This document shows, piece by piece, positions 10,577 through 20,767 of a stretch of DNA of 64,000 bases; the stretch's first letter is position 1, and each line of letters opens with the position of its first letter. Position numbers and translations under genes: made by a program. The notes under the pieces were generated by a model. It saw nothing but the letters and a program-made list of their open reading frames with translations, was not told the DNA's origin and made no database searches. Source of the DNA: Candidatus Uhrbacteria bacterium (lineage in GTDB: Bacteria; Patescibacteriota; Patescibacteriia; UBA9934; GWF2-40-263); assembly GCA_016844925.1 (NCBI GenBank), contig JAERTI010000055.1, positions 1,459-65,458 of the forward strand. The letters are read 5' to 3'.

Positions 10577-11032
10577 TTACTTGAGGTTGACGGCTCCGCC
10601 AGCATCCTCAATATCCTTCTTCATCTGCTCGGCCTCTTCCTTAGCTACACCAGCCTTTACGACGGTTGGAGCAGCGTCAACGATAGCCTTTGCCTCCTTA
10701 AGTCCCTCACCTGTGATAGCTCGGACAGCCTTGATCACAGCGATCTTGTTGTCACCAGCGCTTGCCAGCTCAACGTCGAACTCGGACTTCTCCTCAGCTG
10801 CACCAGCGTCTCCGCCAGCACCACCAGCCATCATCATGGCAGGAGCAGCGGCACTTACACCGAACTTGTCCTCGAGTACCTTTACGAGCTCAGCGAGGTC
10901 CAAAACGGACATCTGCTCGATTCCCTCTACGAGGTCCTTGAACTTTGCAGGAACCTCTACGGCCTTCTCCTCTGCGGCAGGAGCTGCTGCAGCCTCTACC
11001 TTCTCCTCTGTTGCTGTTGCTTCTTCTGACAT
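10577..11032 (-). CDS. rplL: 50S ribosomal protein L7/L12
   Basis: [53 protein letters not shown]. Confidence 0.97.
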   Translation of the reverse strand: MSEEATATEEKVEAAAAPAAEEKAVEVPAKFKDLVEGIEQMSVLDLAELVKVLEDKFGVSAAAPAMMMAGGAGGDAGAAEEKSEFDVELASAGDNKIAVIKAVRAITGEGLKEAKAIVDAAPTVVKAGVAKEEAEQMKKDIEDAGGAVNLK

Positions 11033-11057
11033 AGTATTGATTGATTCAATCGTTGGA

Positions 11058-11579
11058 TTAACTCTTTGCCTCCTTAATAGCGTTCAATGCGTAGACCAGG
11101 CCTCGTAGGTTGCCCGCGAGGACATTCACGAATCCAGATACTGGCGCATTGAGTGAGCCAACAACCTTGGCAAGCAACTCTTCCTTGCTTGGCAAGCTTG
11201 AAAGCTGGGTGACGGCAGCGGAGTCAACAAACTCCCCTTCCAAGATTCCACCGACAAGCTTGATGTCTTCGCGGTCCTTGGCATACTCAGCCATCAGCTT
11301 TGCAGCTGCGACCTCGTCGTCGTATCCGAAGCTGGTAAGGATGGATCCCTGTAGGTCATCTTTCCCGACCTTGAATCCATTCGCTTCCAACGCACGGATC
11401 AGAAGGGTCTTCTTGGCAACCAGGAGTTCTACCCCCTGCTCACGACCCTTGCTGCGAAGCTCGTTTGCGTCCTCCATGGTGTAGCCCGATACGGACGTAA
11501 ACACCGCGGATTTCATCTTTCCGAGCTTGTCGGAGAGATCAGCGATGATCTGCTCCTTCTCAGCACGTGTTTTTGGCAT
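11058..11579 (-). CDS. rplJ: 50S ribosomal protein L10
   Basis: [25 protein letters not shown]; upstream of rplL. Confidence 0.97.
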   Translation of the reverse strand: MPKTRAEKEQIIADLSDKLGKMKSAVFTSVSGYTMEDANELRSKGREQGVELLVAKKTLLIRALEANGFKVGKDDLQGSILTSFGYDDEVAAAKLMAEYAKDREDIKLVGGILEGEFVDSAAVTQLSSLPSKEELLAKVVGSLNAPVSGFVNVLAGNLRGLVYALNAIKEAKS

Positions 11580-11646
11580 AAAAATTGTTCGACCTTTAAT
11601 TAAAAACTGCAGACTTGCGCCGCAGTAGAAAAAGGTCGAAACCTTT

Positions 11647-11692
11647 CACCTCGACGGGACTTATGCGCTAGGCAACCCGTTGTCTACGGCAG
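11647..11692 (-). promoter_or_regulatory. L10 leader RNA (ribosomal protein autoregulatory element)
   Basis: Minus strand CCGTAGACAACGGG...TAAGTCCCGTCGAGG matches the L10-leader core. A second hairpin (TTCGACCTTT/AAAGGTCGAA) lies before rplJ. Confidence 0.8.
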
Positions 11693-11709
11693 ATCTTCAG
11701 TTCGAGGAG

Positions 11710-11738
11710 ATAATAGATCATTCATATTAGGCTGTCAA
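11710..11738 (-). promoter_or_regulatory. Sigma70 promoter of rplJL
   Basis: TTGACA-N17-TATTAT. Confidence 0.8.
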
Positions 11739-11776
11739 CCGTTTACCAAATAAAAAAACGAGTGGTCGTACACTCG

Positions 11777-12154
11777 TCAGGAAGCCTTGTTGAACACCTG
11801 ATCGCGCTCAAGGATCTCGACCCCCATCATCGGAGGGAGCAACGTCTTGAGGCCCAGCTCGTACTTGCGTGAGAATTCAGATGGGCCAGCAATTGACCGG
11901 CCAGAGAGCATGAGCACTCGCTTGTTCCCCAGACCCACATCGCCGATCACAGACAAGGACCAGTCGTTGTGTGTGCCCAGAACCCATCGCCCGAGACCAG
12001 CCTTACCTCCCTCAGGCTCCCACGTAGGGTCACCTGTTTCCCCCACGATGATCTGCTGAAGACGCCAGGCCAATGCTCGACCAGGATGATCACCCTCCTT
12101 GGCCATCCAGTACGAATCGTTTTCAGGAACAGCTATAAATACACTCACGTTCAC
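11777..12154 (-). CDS. Hypothetical protein (accessory cassette)
   Basis: AAGAAGGTG SD-like site near GTG start (12154 or 12148); followed by ACGAGTG/CACTCGT hairpin plus T-tract. Confidence 0.6.
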   Translation of the reverse strand: MNVSVFIAVPENDSYWMAKEGDHPGRALAWRLQQIIVGETGDPTWEPEGGKAGLGRWVLGTHNDWSLSVIGDVGLGNKRVLMLSGRSIAGPSEFSRKYELGLKTLLPPMMGVEILERDQVFNKAS

Positions 12155-12231
12155 CTTCTTTCTGCCGGATAGAATCCAACGAAATTAAACTAAAGAAAAA
12201 ACAGCCCTGCGTCAAGGCTGTGCGTTGGGTG

Positions 12232-13098
12232 CTAGGGCACCACTCGGAAGTAAATGATCATGATGTCATCGTCAGGATCGATGCAGCGTGACGTGGTCAG
12301 AAGTTCGATCTCGTCCCAGGGCGTGACCCAGGCGCGGCCGCGGAGCTCCCTCATGACCTGCTCGACAATCTGGTTACCGCCGTCGACGCACAGGGCGAAT
12401 AGCTCGTGTTCTCCAACCTGTGAGAGCGGGAACGCGCGGCACTCGGGGATCGACGGAAGTAAATCTGCGAACTCCCAGTCACCGAAGGTGCGCGTTGGCT
12501 CGAGCCGAAGCGTGTGAGACTTGTCACTTGTGACGATCTTCAGGTACGTGATCGTTCCATTTCCGGACATTCGTTGATCCAAGGCGAACCGCTTCTGAGC
12601 CAGTGCGCCGGCGAGCCGACGTCGCTCAGCGCGATTGCTGTAGACATGATCGTCGGAAAGCCTCCTGTAGCCGACACCTCGATCCATCGAGACATAGAAA
12701 CGTCCATCCCCCACCTGAGACAGGTAAAACGTTTCATCAAGGAACGTGACACAACTCGCCACAGCCCCCACGAACCTCAGGCCTGCTCCAGGCTTCAGGC
12801 TTACGCGTTTGCGCCACGGCTCAAGAGACGTCGTCACCGCACTGAAGTTCCCATGCGCATGCACAGGTTCCGGCCGAGCCGTAAACCGATCGCGCAATCC
12901 CACAGCCACCTCGGCCGCAAAGTCAGCCACCTGGTGAGACTTGAGGATCTTGATGTTGTTGCGGTCTACTTCTGCCCCGTGACCATCGACCACGGCAGCA
13001 AAGAACGGTTCCCCCTCCTGGGAGTGCACCGCGCAAGCATCTTCGCTCGGACACCCCTCGTAGCGAGGGACGAACACGAACCGGTACTCAACCCGCAT
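12232..13098 (-). CDS. PP2C/PPM-family protein phosphatase-like protein (accessory cassette)
   Basis: SEDA, AVVDGHG, SQVGDGR, LSDDH, TRTFGD, LCVDGG, DDDI; SD AAGGGAG; own promoter and terminator. Confidence 0.8.
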   Translation of the reverse strand: MRVEYRFVFVPRYEGCPSEDACAVHSQEGEPFFAAVVDGHGAEVDRNNIKILKSHQVADFAAEVAVGLRDRFTARPEPVHAHGNFSAVTTSLEPWRKRVSLKPGAGLRFVGAVASCVTFLDETFYLSQVGDGRFYVSMDRGVGYRRLSDDHVYSNRAERRRLAGALAQKRFALDQRMSGNGTITYLKIVTSDKSHTLRLEPTRTFGDWEFADLLPSIPECRAFPLSQVGEHELFALCVDGGNQIVEQVMRELRGRAWVTPWDEIELLTTSRCIDPDDDIMIIYFRVVP

Positions 13099-13177
13099 CG
13101 GGTCTCCCTTCTTCGCGCCTTATGCGCGAGAAACAAAAGATGCCTGTCTCCAGGCATCCTGTCAATCACTCAATGTG

Positions 13178-13888
13178 CTAGCCGCCAATCACGGTTCCCA
13201 AGAACCGCTTCCCTTTCAAAAGATTATCGAGATTCTCCATGTTCTTTCCGTTTAAGATTCCTACACGGATTCCGCTATGATGAGCCAATCGAGAGGCCAC
13301 GGGATCAAACGGTGCGCTCATGCCAGGGTCCCACTCATTCCCCACCATGGCACGAAAGTCTTTCCATGAAATGTCGCAGATCACCTCAGCGTCTTTATGC
13401 TTATTCGGATCTTTATCGTACACGTAATCAATGTTCGACAAGTTGATCACCACCTTAGCCTTCAAGCGCTTGGCAATACGCGTAGCCACGTAATCTGTTG
13501 ACCAGCCTGGCTTCCATCCTGCTGCAACCATCACTGGCTGCTTCCATCCACGGATTGGCCGACTTGGATCTTTGAGCATGACCGGGTGCGCAACCTCTCG
13601 CAGAACAGTCCTCATAAGATGTCCGTTCAAGCGTGTCGCATGAATCCCCAACCAGTCCAAGTCATCACGCGTAAGTTTTCCAACCTGCCGTGCGGCCTCT
13701 TGATAATGCCGCGCTGTTCCTCCTCCGCCTACAACGATAACAAATCGCCATCCGCGCTTGATATGTTTTTTGATCAACTTCTTCAGGTCCTTCAGGAACG
13801 CGTGATCAATGTTCCCATTAGGAACCACGAGAGAGCCACCGACAGAAATAACAAGCGTAGACGGTTCGAGCGAATTGGAGTGGGTCAT
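13178..13888 (-). CDS. pyrH: UMP kinase (archaeal/CPR type)
   Basis: VISVGGSL, VVGGGGTAR, PGWSTDYVA, YDKDP, APFDPVAS. Confidence 0.92.
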   Translation of the reverse strand: MTHSNSLEPSTLVISVGGSLVVPNGNIDHAFLKDLKKLIKKHIKRGWRFVIVVGGGGTARHYQEAARQVGKLTRDDLDWLGIHATRLNGHLMRTVLREVAHPVMLKDPSRPIRGWKQPVMVAAGWKPGWSTDYVATRIAKRLKAKVVINLSNIDYVYDKDPNKHKDAEVICDISWKDFRAMVGNEWDPGMSAPFDPVASRLAHHSGIRVGILNGKNMENLDNLLKGKRFLGTVIGG

Positions 13889-13917
13889 AAAAAGAGCGCC
13901 GCTGGGGCGCTAATGGG

Positions 13918-14271
13918 TTACGAATGTTGAGATTGTTTAATAAGCCAGTTGGTGGCGAGTGAGATTGCCCACAACATAAGTGCTGCAAGCAATGCGGGCA
14001 CAAACCCCTCAACCACAAACCCTTCTACGATCGTGGAGACAAGCCAGATCATAAAAGCGTTAATGACAAAGGTGAATAGACCGAGTGTAAGAATCGTGAC
14101 AGGAAGCGTGAGAATAAAGAACAGTGGACGCACGAGAGCGTTGGCGAGTCCGAGCACCAAGGCAGCGATCAAGGCGTTGTAGAACGTCTCGACGCCAAAA
14201 CCTGGCACCACATTGGCAACAATGATGAGCGCGATTGCATTGATGATCCACCGGAAGAGGATATACGCCAT
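13918..14271 (-). CDS. 4-TM phage holin family (YvlD-like) membrane protein
   Basis: NALVRPLFFILTLPVTILTLGLFTFVINA. Confidence 0.85.
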   Translation of the reverse strand: MAYILFRWIINAIALIIVANVVPGFGVETFYNALIAALVLGLANALVRPLFFILTLPVTILTLGLFTFVINAFMIWLVSTIVEGFVVEGFVPALLAALMLWAISLATNWLIKQSQHS

Positions 14272-14273
14272 AG

Positions 14274-14480
14274 CTACCCAGCAAACTTCTCTTTAATAGA
14301 CTCTACCTTGTTCTCCACCTCAGAAAGCTTTTTCTTGAGCTCACCTGCCAGCTCCAACCCTCGCTCAAACTGCTTCAAGCCCTTATCGAGATCAAGGTTC
14401 TCCTCGGAATCAAACCACTGCGTGATCTCCTCGAGCTCCTCAAAGGCTTTGGCAAAATTGATCTTTTTCTTTGCTGGCAT
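14274..14480 (-). CDS. xseB: Exodeoxyribonuclease VII small subunit
   Basis: FEELEEITQWF...LDKGLKQFERGLEL; adjacent to xseA. Confidence 0.9.
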   Translation of the reverse strand: MPAKKKINFAKAFEELEEITQWFDSEENLDLDKGLKQFERGLELAGELKKKLSEVENKVESIKEKFAG

Positions 14481-14483
14481 AGG

Positions 14484-15692
14484 TTAAACAAGTTTCTGCT
14501 GTCCTTTACCGTCTACGCGCGTTACCTGCGCATCAAACGATCCTGCGGCCAATTGTACACCAACCTCCTGACCGACACCAACCTTTGAGGCATCCGCTAC
14601 AACAGCGCCATTGACGGTAACAATTGAGTACCCTCGAGCCAGGACCCGCTTTGGATCCACCTGCCTAAGCACACGTGCAAGCCCCTCGAGCTCAGATCGA
14701 ATCAGCGGCAACCAATCCTCTCCCGCCACCATAAGACGCTCATGAGCCGCACGGAAACGCTCTTTCTGCCGCTCCAAGATAAACGAGATAGATCCTGTTG
14801 CACGCTCAATAACCCGTGAACGCATCTCTATGTGGTCACGCATCCGCTCCTCCATATGCCGCGCCATGGTCTCGATCTCGTAGCTCACATCAGAGCGAGA
14901 CGGCACCACGCGCTCGGCTGCGTTCGATGGTGTCGACGCACGCACATCTGCGACAAAATCTGCCAATGACTCATCACGCTCATGCCCCACGGCACAGACA
15001 ACGGGAATGCTTGAAGAAAAAATCGCACGGGCAACCCCCTCATCATTAAACGCATGAAGATCTTCAAGACCACCCCCACCACGGGTAAGCACCAGTGCGT
15101 CAGGGCGCTCCGACTCGGACAGCGCGTTGAAATACTGAAACGCTCCCACAATCTCTTTCACTGCCTGACGCCCCTGCACATGCACATGCGCATGTTCAAC
15201 CACCACGCCTCCCCATCGATTATTCAAAATGCGCAAGAAGTCTCCGTACGCTGCTGCATCGCGAGATGTGATGAGTCCGATGCGTTCAGGGAACCGAGAC
15301 AGACTCCGTTTACGGGAAACATCAAATAATCCCTCAGCTTCCATTTTTTTCTTCAACAACTCATACGCCCGGCGCAGCGCCCCCTCTCCCACCGGAGCGA
15401 CTTCCTGCACATTCATCTTAAAACTCCCGAACCGCTCGTACACCTTTGGATACCCTTTCACCTGCACCCGCATACCGCTTTCGATCTGCACCTTCAGTTG
15501 CCAGGTCGTCATGAAACATTTGAGCACCGCCTCCTCTTGCTCATCTTTCAAATCAAAACTCACCCACTTTCCCTGGGCGATACGAAAGTCCGACACCTCC
15601 CCCTCCACCACCGTCTGATCAGAAGGAACCTGCCTGAGCGCCTGATTTACCAGGTCCAGATATTGTGCGACAGAAAGAACGTGAGGATCCAT
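14484..15692 (-). CDS. xseA: Exodeoxyribonuclease VII large subunit
   Basis: VEGEVS, RGGGGLEDL, VGHERDESLADFVADVRASTPS, LARGYS. Confidence 0.95.
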   Translation of the reverse strand: MDPHVLSVAQYLDLVNQALRQVPSDQTVVEGEVSDFRIAQGKWVSFDLKDEQEEAVLKCFMTTWQLKVQIESGMRVQVKGYPKVYERFGSFKMNVQEVAPVGEGALRRAYELLKKKMEAEGLFDVSRKRSLSRFPERIGLITSRDAAAYGDFLRILNNRWGGVVVEHAHVHVQGRQAVKEIVGAFQYFNALSESERPDALVLTRGGGGLEDLHAFNDEGVARAIFSSSIPVVCAVGHERDESLADFVADVRASTPSNAAERVVPSRSDVSYEIETMARHMEERMRDHIEMRSRVIERATGSISFILERQKERFRAAHERLMVAGEDWLPLIRSELEGLARVLRQVDPKRVLARGYSIVTVNGAVVADASKVGVGQEVGVQLAAGSFDAQVTRVDGKGQQKLV

Positions 15693-16168
15693 TACAGTGG
15701 GAGGTTAAAAAAATGTGGTTGATAAAACTGCACAAGGAGCCAAAGACTGACTCCCAAAATAAGATGCGAAACAATGGTCTCAAGCCAGACATGCTTCCCT
15801 TCTTTGAGACCAAATAGCCCTAAACCCAAAGCGGGGTACACCACAAATCCAGCGACAACCCAGCTGAGCACAGCAAACACGAGCAACGAATGAATGGTAT
15901 AGGGAGCGTTTGTGACAAAGAGCCACCCCTGCCTCACGAACAACACGTAAATGATCCCAAACAAGAATCCAAAGATGAGATGCAGAAGCAAGCCAATAAA
16001 AAATACTTCGTGCTTATGCTTGATCTTGATGCCAAAAATCGTCTTTACATCGATCAAAAGTGGAGCATTCTTCACATTCCCGCGCTCTGCGATCTCAAGC
16101 ACAATCGCAGGAAGTGCAAAAAAGAATGCCACCAATCCTCCCAATGCTCCGCCAAGTAAATAATCCAT
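15692..16168 (-). CDS. Hypothetical 4-TM membrane protein
   Basis: Hydrophobic helices with intramembrane His (LLHLIFG, SHLILG); operon-coupled. Confidence 0.7.
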   Translation of the reverse strand: MDYLLGGALGGLVAFFFALPAIVLEIAERGNVKNAPLLIDVKTIFGIKIKHKHEVFFIGLLLHLIFGFLFGIIYVLFVRQGWLFVTNAPYTIHSLLVFAVLSWVVAGFVVYPALGLGLFGLKEGKHVWLETIVSHLILGVSLWLLVQFYQPHFFNLPL

Positions 16169-16169
16169 A

Positions 16170-17144
16170 TTACGGGTAAATAACTAACGCCACTTTCCTT
16201 CCATCGGTAATCTCGTCTCCCCCATTCCAATCGTGCATCGCGTAGAGCAACGTGTCAAAGTCATAAAGATACGCCTCACCTCGATACGTTCCAGGGTCAT
16301 TCACGATGAACTGACCAGCTTCTGTATATCCACGCACCACCAACATGTGATAGATCGGTCCAGGTGCTGTGAAATGTGGGTTGTTAAGCAAGCGCCCGGC
16401 AGCCGGAATGATTACGGGACGCCCCTGTACCAGATGAGACTTTAGATCATCAACAGACGGATCTTCAATCAACTCGTACGTTCTTCCAAACATGAGCTCA
16501 GCAAACACTCCTGTCTGTTCTGCAGTCGTGTCCTCGTAGTAACCAAACAACTCATGCTCAAACGCCACAATGGTCTGAATCGCTTCATCTGCCTTTCCTG
16601 CCTCAATCAACCCCTCAGGTTCACCCTCATAGTACCGCTCCACCATGTACACACTTGCCTCCTCACAAGACTCCTTATAGGGCTCACCCCAGTCGGCATG
16701 CGGAGCCTGTGGTGTAAATGGCACAGCGAGATTAATCGACAGCGGGAGCTCGACAGCAGGCTCTGCTGCTACCTCTTCTCCATCTTCGACAACCTCCTCA
16801 CCATCGACAACTTCTTCCGTGTCATCGTCAAGAACCTCCCCCTCTTGCTCAGGCAACGCGACAATCTCCTCACCAGCTTCCACATCGTCCACATCAGCAG
16901 GGGCCTCTATCTCAACCTCCTCAACCTCTTGCTCATCGCCCGCCTCTTCGACAGGCTCGCCAAGCGCCTCCTCTACTTCTTCGACACCTTCCTCCACCAC
17001 CTGCTCAAACGTCACGGATACCGGCAGCTCTGGCAGGCTCGCTGTCCGCCACCACTCGGCTACGGCGCCACGATTCAAATACAACGCTGCTCCCAGCGCA
17101 ATCAGCAAGATAATAAATTCTGCAAAACGTTTTACGGCTTTCAT
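16170..17144 (-). CDS. C39-like peptidase with N-terminal anchor and acidic linker
   Basis: VPFTPQAP..W...CEEAS, YHMLVVRGY, NDPGT. Confidence 0.85.
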   Translation of the reverse strand: MKAVKRFAEFIILLIALGAALYLNRGAVAEWWRTASLPELPVSVTFEQVVEEGVEEVEEALGEPVEEAGDEQEVEEVEIEAPADVDDVEAGEEIVALPEQEGEVLDDDTEEVVDGEEVVEDGEEVAAEPAVELPLSINLAVPFTPQAPHADWGEPYKESCEEASVYMVERYYEGEPEGLIEAGKADEAIQTIVAFEHELFGYYEDTTAEQTGVFAELMFGRTYELIEDPSVDDLKSHLVQGRPVIIPAAGRLLNNPHFTAPGPIYHMLVVRGYTEAGQFIVNDPGTYRGEAYLYDFDTLLYAMHDWNGGDEITDGRKVALVIYP

Positions 17145-17434
17145 AGGGCGATACAAACCCCCACATCATCAATAAATTCTCCGCAAGCAAACCCCTCGGG
17201 GCACTGCACATCAGATTCACACTCACAGTACTCCACACAAACATCAACACACACCTCGACATCTTCTCCACGACAAGCGCTCCCACAATCTTCCCACAAA
17301 CCCCCGGCCTCCTGACAAGATGCCTCTGTTAGTTCCCCCGCGGACCGTTCACGCACCTCAAGAACAGGTTCCTGTGTGGGAACACAACCTGTTCCCAGTA
17401 AAAGCACCGTCATTACTAGAGCGACGAACTTCAT
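17141..17434 (-). CDS. Small Cys-rich lipoprotein
   Basis: Lipobox LLGTGC; multiple Cys in the C-terminal half (CQEAGG..CGSAC..CVDVCVEYCEC...CPEGFAC). Confidence 0.7.
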   Translation of the reverse strand: MKFVALVMTVLLLGTGCVPTQEPVLEVRERSAGELTEASCQEAGGLWEDCGSACRGEDVEVCVDVCVEYCECESDVQCPEGFACGEFIDDVGVCIAL

Positions 17435-18831
17435 AACACGGCATGCTCACGTGCCCAGCGCTGCAGCTTGTACGTGGCGATTACATCATCCTCGTTGTAC
17501 TCCATAATCTTCTGCAGCAACTTCGGCTTCTTTGTCTTGAGCCATTCTTCAAACCACATCACCGAGTTTGCCCCTGAGGCGTCCTTTGCCCTCCACTGGA
17601 ACCCGATGTAGTTCGCAATATCTTTAAGTGAATAGAATGACAGTGGGAAAATCACCGCCGGTCGCACCACCGCGAGCAAGTCGATCATATTACGGTCAAG
17701 AGCCTCACGCGCGATCTCACTGATTCCATAACGCATCGCAAAGCGCTGCACAACTTCGTGCTCAAACCAACCGTAGTGATAAATAGGTGCATCTAGATGC
17801 CGCTCGATAAATTCAACAAACTCGGCCCACATGGCTCCCTCTTGCTCCGGACTCTCCGCAAAGAATGAGTGATACGTCTGCTCTCCCCCCTCCACGACCA
17901 ACACACCAAACAAATACTCAAAATCCCTTAAAGGATCTGCTTCGATATCAAAATATAATTCAATAGACGCTTCTGGCAACTCAACGCCATGACGAATCAT
18001 GTGCCGGTTCTCTGTAATCGCAATCGCCTGATCCCGCATGGTCTCCAGGCGCCCTGAGTGAACATCCGGAGCGATGGACTCAAGCTCAGAGACAGATTTC
18101 ACAGCCAACTGACGAATCGTTTCAATCCCCGCCTCAGAGAGACGCTTCACCTCTTCGCGCCAAACACGATTCAAGAGCGAAAGATCCTCACAGCTCTCCG
18201 ACTCACTTCGACACTCTGTAAACCATGGCGACTGCTTACACCCAGACGTCACAAAGTGCACCGGACGCTTTCCCGCAACAATCTTCTCAATCTCTGTCAG
18301 CGTAAGTTCGTACTGTGCTTCAAACTCTTCAATCGAATACGGCATCACCTCATTGTCCGCGCTCACAACATACCCCTTATAGGGCTTCGTCCCCTGCACG
18401 CGAGCCAGCAGCTCGGCATAAAAACATCCCTGGAACTTATGATCGTCTCGCACCTGTCGTGAACGTTTGATGTCTGCCGCGACATAATAGTGATCTCCGA
18501 GCTTGGACCGACCCTCAACTTTTTCCAAAATGTCTGGATGCCCCACCCAGTGCTTGTCTACAAGCACCCCATGAAAAATCGTCTGGCGCCCCTCGGCCAT
18601 AAAGGCGAGCGTCTGATTGAACGCCTCGTCAGGATCCTCAGCCGTCACCTCCACCAAATCCTCACGATCAGAAATAATGTCGCGTTCCTTATCCTCAATC
18701 ATCCCGTCATCTTGAAGCCGGTGCATGAGCGCCTCGTGGGGTCGCGCTGCCTGCGCGTGAGCATCAAAATACACCCAGTTTGGGCACTTGAGGTATTGAT
18801 AAAATGTCCGCTCTGTAATTTGACCTTGCAT
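17431..18831 (-). CDS. TM0106-family RecB-like nuclease with RNase H-like C-domain
   Basis: GHPDILEK...DIK, YFDIEADP, IYHYG..E, SYSLK-like FYSLKDIA, YNEDDV. Confidence 0.88.
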   Translation of the reverse strand: MQGQITERTFYQYLKCPNWVYFDAHAQAARPHEALMHRLQDDGMIEDKERDIISDREDLVEVTAEDPDEAFNQTLAFMAEGRQTIFHGVLVDKHWVGHPDILEKVEGRSKLGDHYYVAADIKRSRQVRDDHKFQGCFYAELLARVQGTKPYKGYVVSADNEVMPYSIEEFEAQYELTLTEIEKIVAGKRPVHFVTSGCKQSPWFTECRSESESCEDLSLLNRVWREEVKRLSEAGIETIRQLAVKSVSELESIAPDVHSGRLETMRDQAIAITENRHMIRHGVELPEASIELYFDIEADPLRDFEYLFGVLVVEGGEQTYHSFFAESPEQEGAMWAEFVEFIERHLDAPIYHYGWFEHEVVQRFAMRYGISEIAREALDRNMIDLLAVVRPAVIFPLSFYSLKDIANYIGFQWRAKDASGANSVMWFEEWLKTKKPKLLQKIMEYNEDDVIATYKLQRWAREHAVL

Positions 18832-18888
18832 GAGATAAGTATAACATGACCTGGCTCTTGATTGTGCTGCTTAAAGAAGGAGAGTCCC

Positions 18889-20058
18889 ATGCGCATTCGG
18901 AAGATTCCGTTCCCGCCCATCAACCTCCAGGCATGCCTGGATCCAGACCATCCCGATCACGAGGCTTCATGTACGGAGCTCAGGCGCCAAGCCTGCGACT
19001 ACGGTATTGCCATGCTGTCCGTCGAGGGCGTGACCCCCAGCAGCTACGCGCTGGTCCGTGCCATGATGGAGAGCTACTGGAGCCAGCCCAAGTCGGCACT
19101 GGACCTGGATGTCCGGCCCCAGCACCACCGGCAGGTGGGGCGCATGGAGGCCTACTGCGAAACGGCCATGCCCTACCCCGAGCGCCTCGCCGCGCTCGAG
19201 GAAGACCAGCAGCCGTACCCCCACGCGGGTCCGAACCCACTGGAGCGCTTCTTCTGGCGATTCGGTTCGCGCCCCAGCACGAGCCGCTTCCCCGAGCGTC
19301 ACGCTGACCCGGTCATCCCCGAGCGCTTCGAGCGCGAGTGGGAGCCGGTCATGAACAGCTGGGGCGAGATCGTCCTGGATACCCTGTTCGACCTGGCCGA
19401 GGCCTTGGAATTCGCGTTCCGTCTCCCGCCCGGCACCATGCTGAAGAAGCTGCAGGCGGGCCCCCACCTGATCTCGCCGACGGGCTGCAACCTCCTGGAG
19501 CTGCTGGCCAAGCGCTGCTACAAGCCCGTAGAAGAGCTGTCCTTCGCGCTCAGGCAAGCTGACAGCGAGAACAAGCTCCGTCAGATCAACCGCAACCTGA
19601 GCCTCACCGGCGCGGTCCTCTCTCACTACCACGACGACTTCAACCCCATCACCATCCACGGCCCGGCGAACATGCCCGGCCTGATCTGCTGGGCACGAAG
19701 TGGCGACCCGTTCACGCCCGAGATCCCGTCCGGCTGCCTGTTCGCCCAGTTCGGCGCACAGACCGAGCACCTGTTCGCCGGTGGCCTGCACGAAGATGGT
19801 CCCATGGCGGGCATGCACCAGGTGGTGGTGACCTGGGAGACGCTCCGTGCGCTCTGGATGCGCATCAGACTGGGCCTGCCGCCCATCCGCGTCTCCTCGA
19901 CCTTCTTCGGTCAGGGCAACGCAGACCAGCCCCTGGAGGTTCTGCCCCCGTTCCGTGTGGACGGCTGGCGCCAGCGCTACCCGAGCACCACCTTCGGCGC
20001 TCACTCGGCGGCCGTGATCGAGAAGATCGGTCTGGCCGCTCAGCAGATCGCTGGGTAA
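18889..20058 (+). CDS. 2-oxoglutarate/Fe(II) oxygenase, isopenicillin N synthase-like (accessory cassette)
   Basis: HxD facial triad (YHDDFNPITIHG...GMHQVVV), RVSSTFF; SD AAGGAG; GC3-rich; terminator at 20069-20093. Confidence 0.8.
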   Translation: MRIRKIPFPPINLQACLDPDHPDHEASCTELRRQACDYGIAMLSVEGVTPSSYALVRAMMESYWSQPKSALDLDVRPQHHRQVGRMEAYCETAMPYPERLAALEEDQQPYPHAGPNPLERFFWRFGSRPSTSRFPERHADPVIPERFEREWEPVMNSWGEIVLDTLFDLAEALEFAFRLPPGTMLKKLQAGPHLISPTGCNLLELLAKRCYKPVEELSFALRQADSENKLRQINRNLSLTGAVLSHYHDDFNPITIHGPANMPGLICWARSGDPFTPEIPSGCLFAQFGAQTEHLFAGGLHEDGPMAGMHQVVVTWETLRALWMRIRLGLPPIRVSSTFFGQGNADQPLEVLPPFRVDGWRQRYPSTTFGAHSAAVIEKIGLAAQQIAG

Positions 20059-20118
20059 TCCCCAACGCCCCGTCGTACCACGACGGGTTTTTTGTTACGA
20101 TAATCTCTAGGAGAATCC

Positions 20119-20607
20119 ATGGACGACGACCCAGCCCGCCGCGCGCAACGCTTTCCACTGCTGATCAAACTCGACGAAGACGGTATCGAGTTCACGCACT
20201 TCTTCAACCGCATGGGGCACGTTCGCCTCCCACCCCAGTTCCCCGACCCGCTCCAGAAGCGTGTCCTACAGCTGATCGAACGACTCATGGCTCTACAGAT
20301 CCAAGCCCTCCAGCTCATCCCCGATGAACTACCTCGCTACCAGATCAACGGCACCTGGTCCCCGCTCCCCGCCTCGCTCACCCCAGAGACAGAAGACACC
20401 CTCTTGCTGACTGCCTGGTGGATGGAGCTCGAGAGACGAAAGACCACCCGCCACGACGACTGGGACTGCCAGGAGTGCGGGAAGCTCGTCACACGCAAGC
20501 GTGGAATCTGCCAGAATCACGAATGTGTCTCGTGGGACATCCTCCACATCATCACGGGAGACCCTCATCTCCACCTCGTGCCCAAGACCGGCACAGACAA
20601 CGACTGA
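20119..20607 (+). CDS. Hypothetical protein with C-terminal Cys4 zinc ribbon (accessory cassette)
   Basis: CQECG...CQNHEC; SD AGGAG; extended -10 TGtTACGAT. Confidence 0.7.
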   Translation: MDDDPARRAQRFPLLIKLDEDGIEFTHFFNRMGHVRLPPQFPDPLQKRVLQLIERLMALQIQALQLIPDELPRYQINGTWSPLPASLTPETEDTLLLTAWWMELERRKTTRHDDWDCQECGKLVTRKRGICQNHECVSWDILHIITGDPHLHLVPKTGTDND

Positions 20608-20689
20608 CCCTCTTGAGGGTAACCTCTCCGATCTTACGTCGGAGTTTTTTCTTTATCCATTGACAAAACACATAAAAAGCCCGTACGCT
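20605..20689 (+). repeat. Variant GACCCT..AGGGT palindrome, terminator and promoter module
   Basis: TGACCCTCTTGAGGGT (the TGA is the upstream stop); CTCCGA/TCGGAG-TTTTTTC terminator; TTGACA-N18-TACGCT. Confidence 0.7.
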
Positions 20690-20767
20690 CCCATCGCTCA
20701 CACAAGAGGCAAGCAACTCCGCCCAACTCTTTGCACGCTCTAGGTGCTCGCGTGAGACAACAGGACC

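Noticed and set aside
13918-14271. 'Phage holin' as prophage evidence
   Set aside because: The YvlD-like family is a common chromosomal gene; it lies in the xseAB-pyrH operon with no phage genes nearby.
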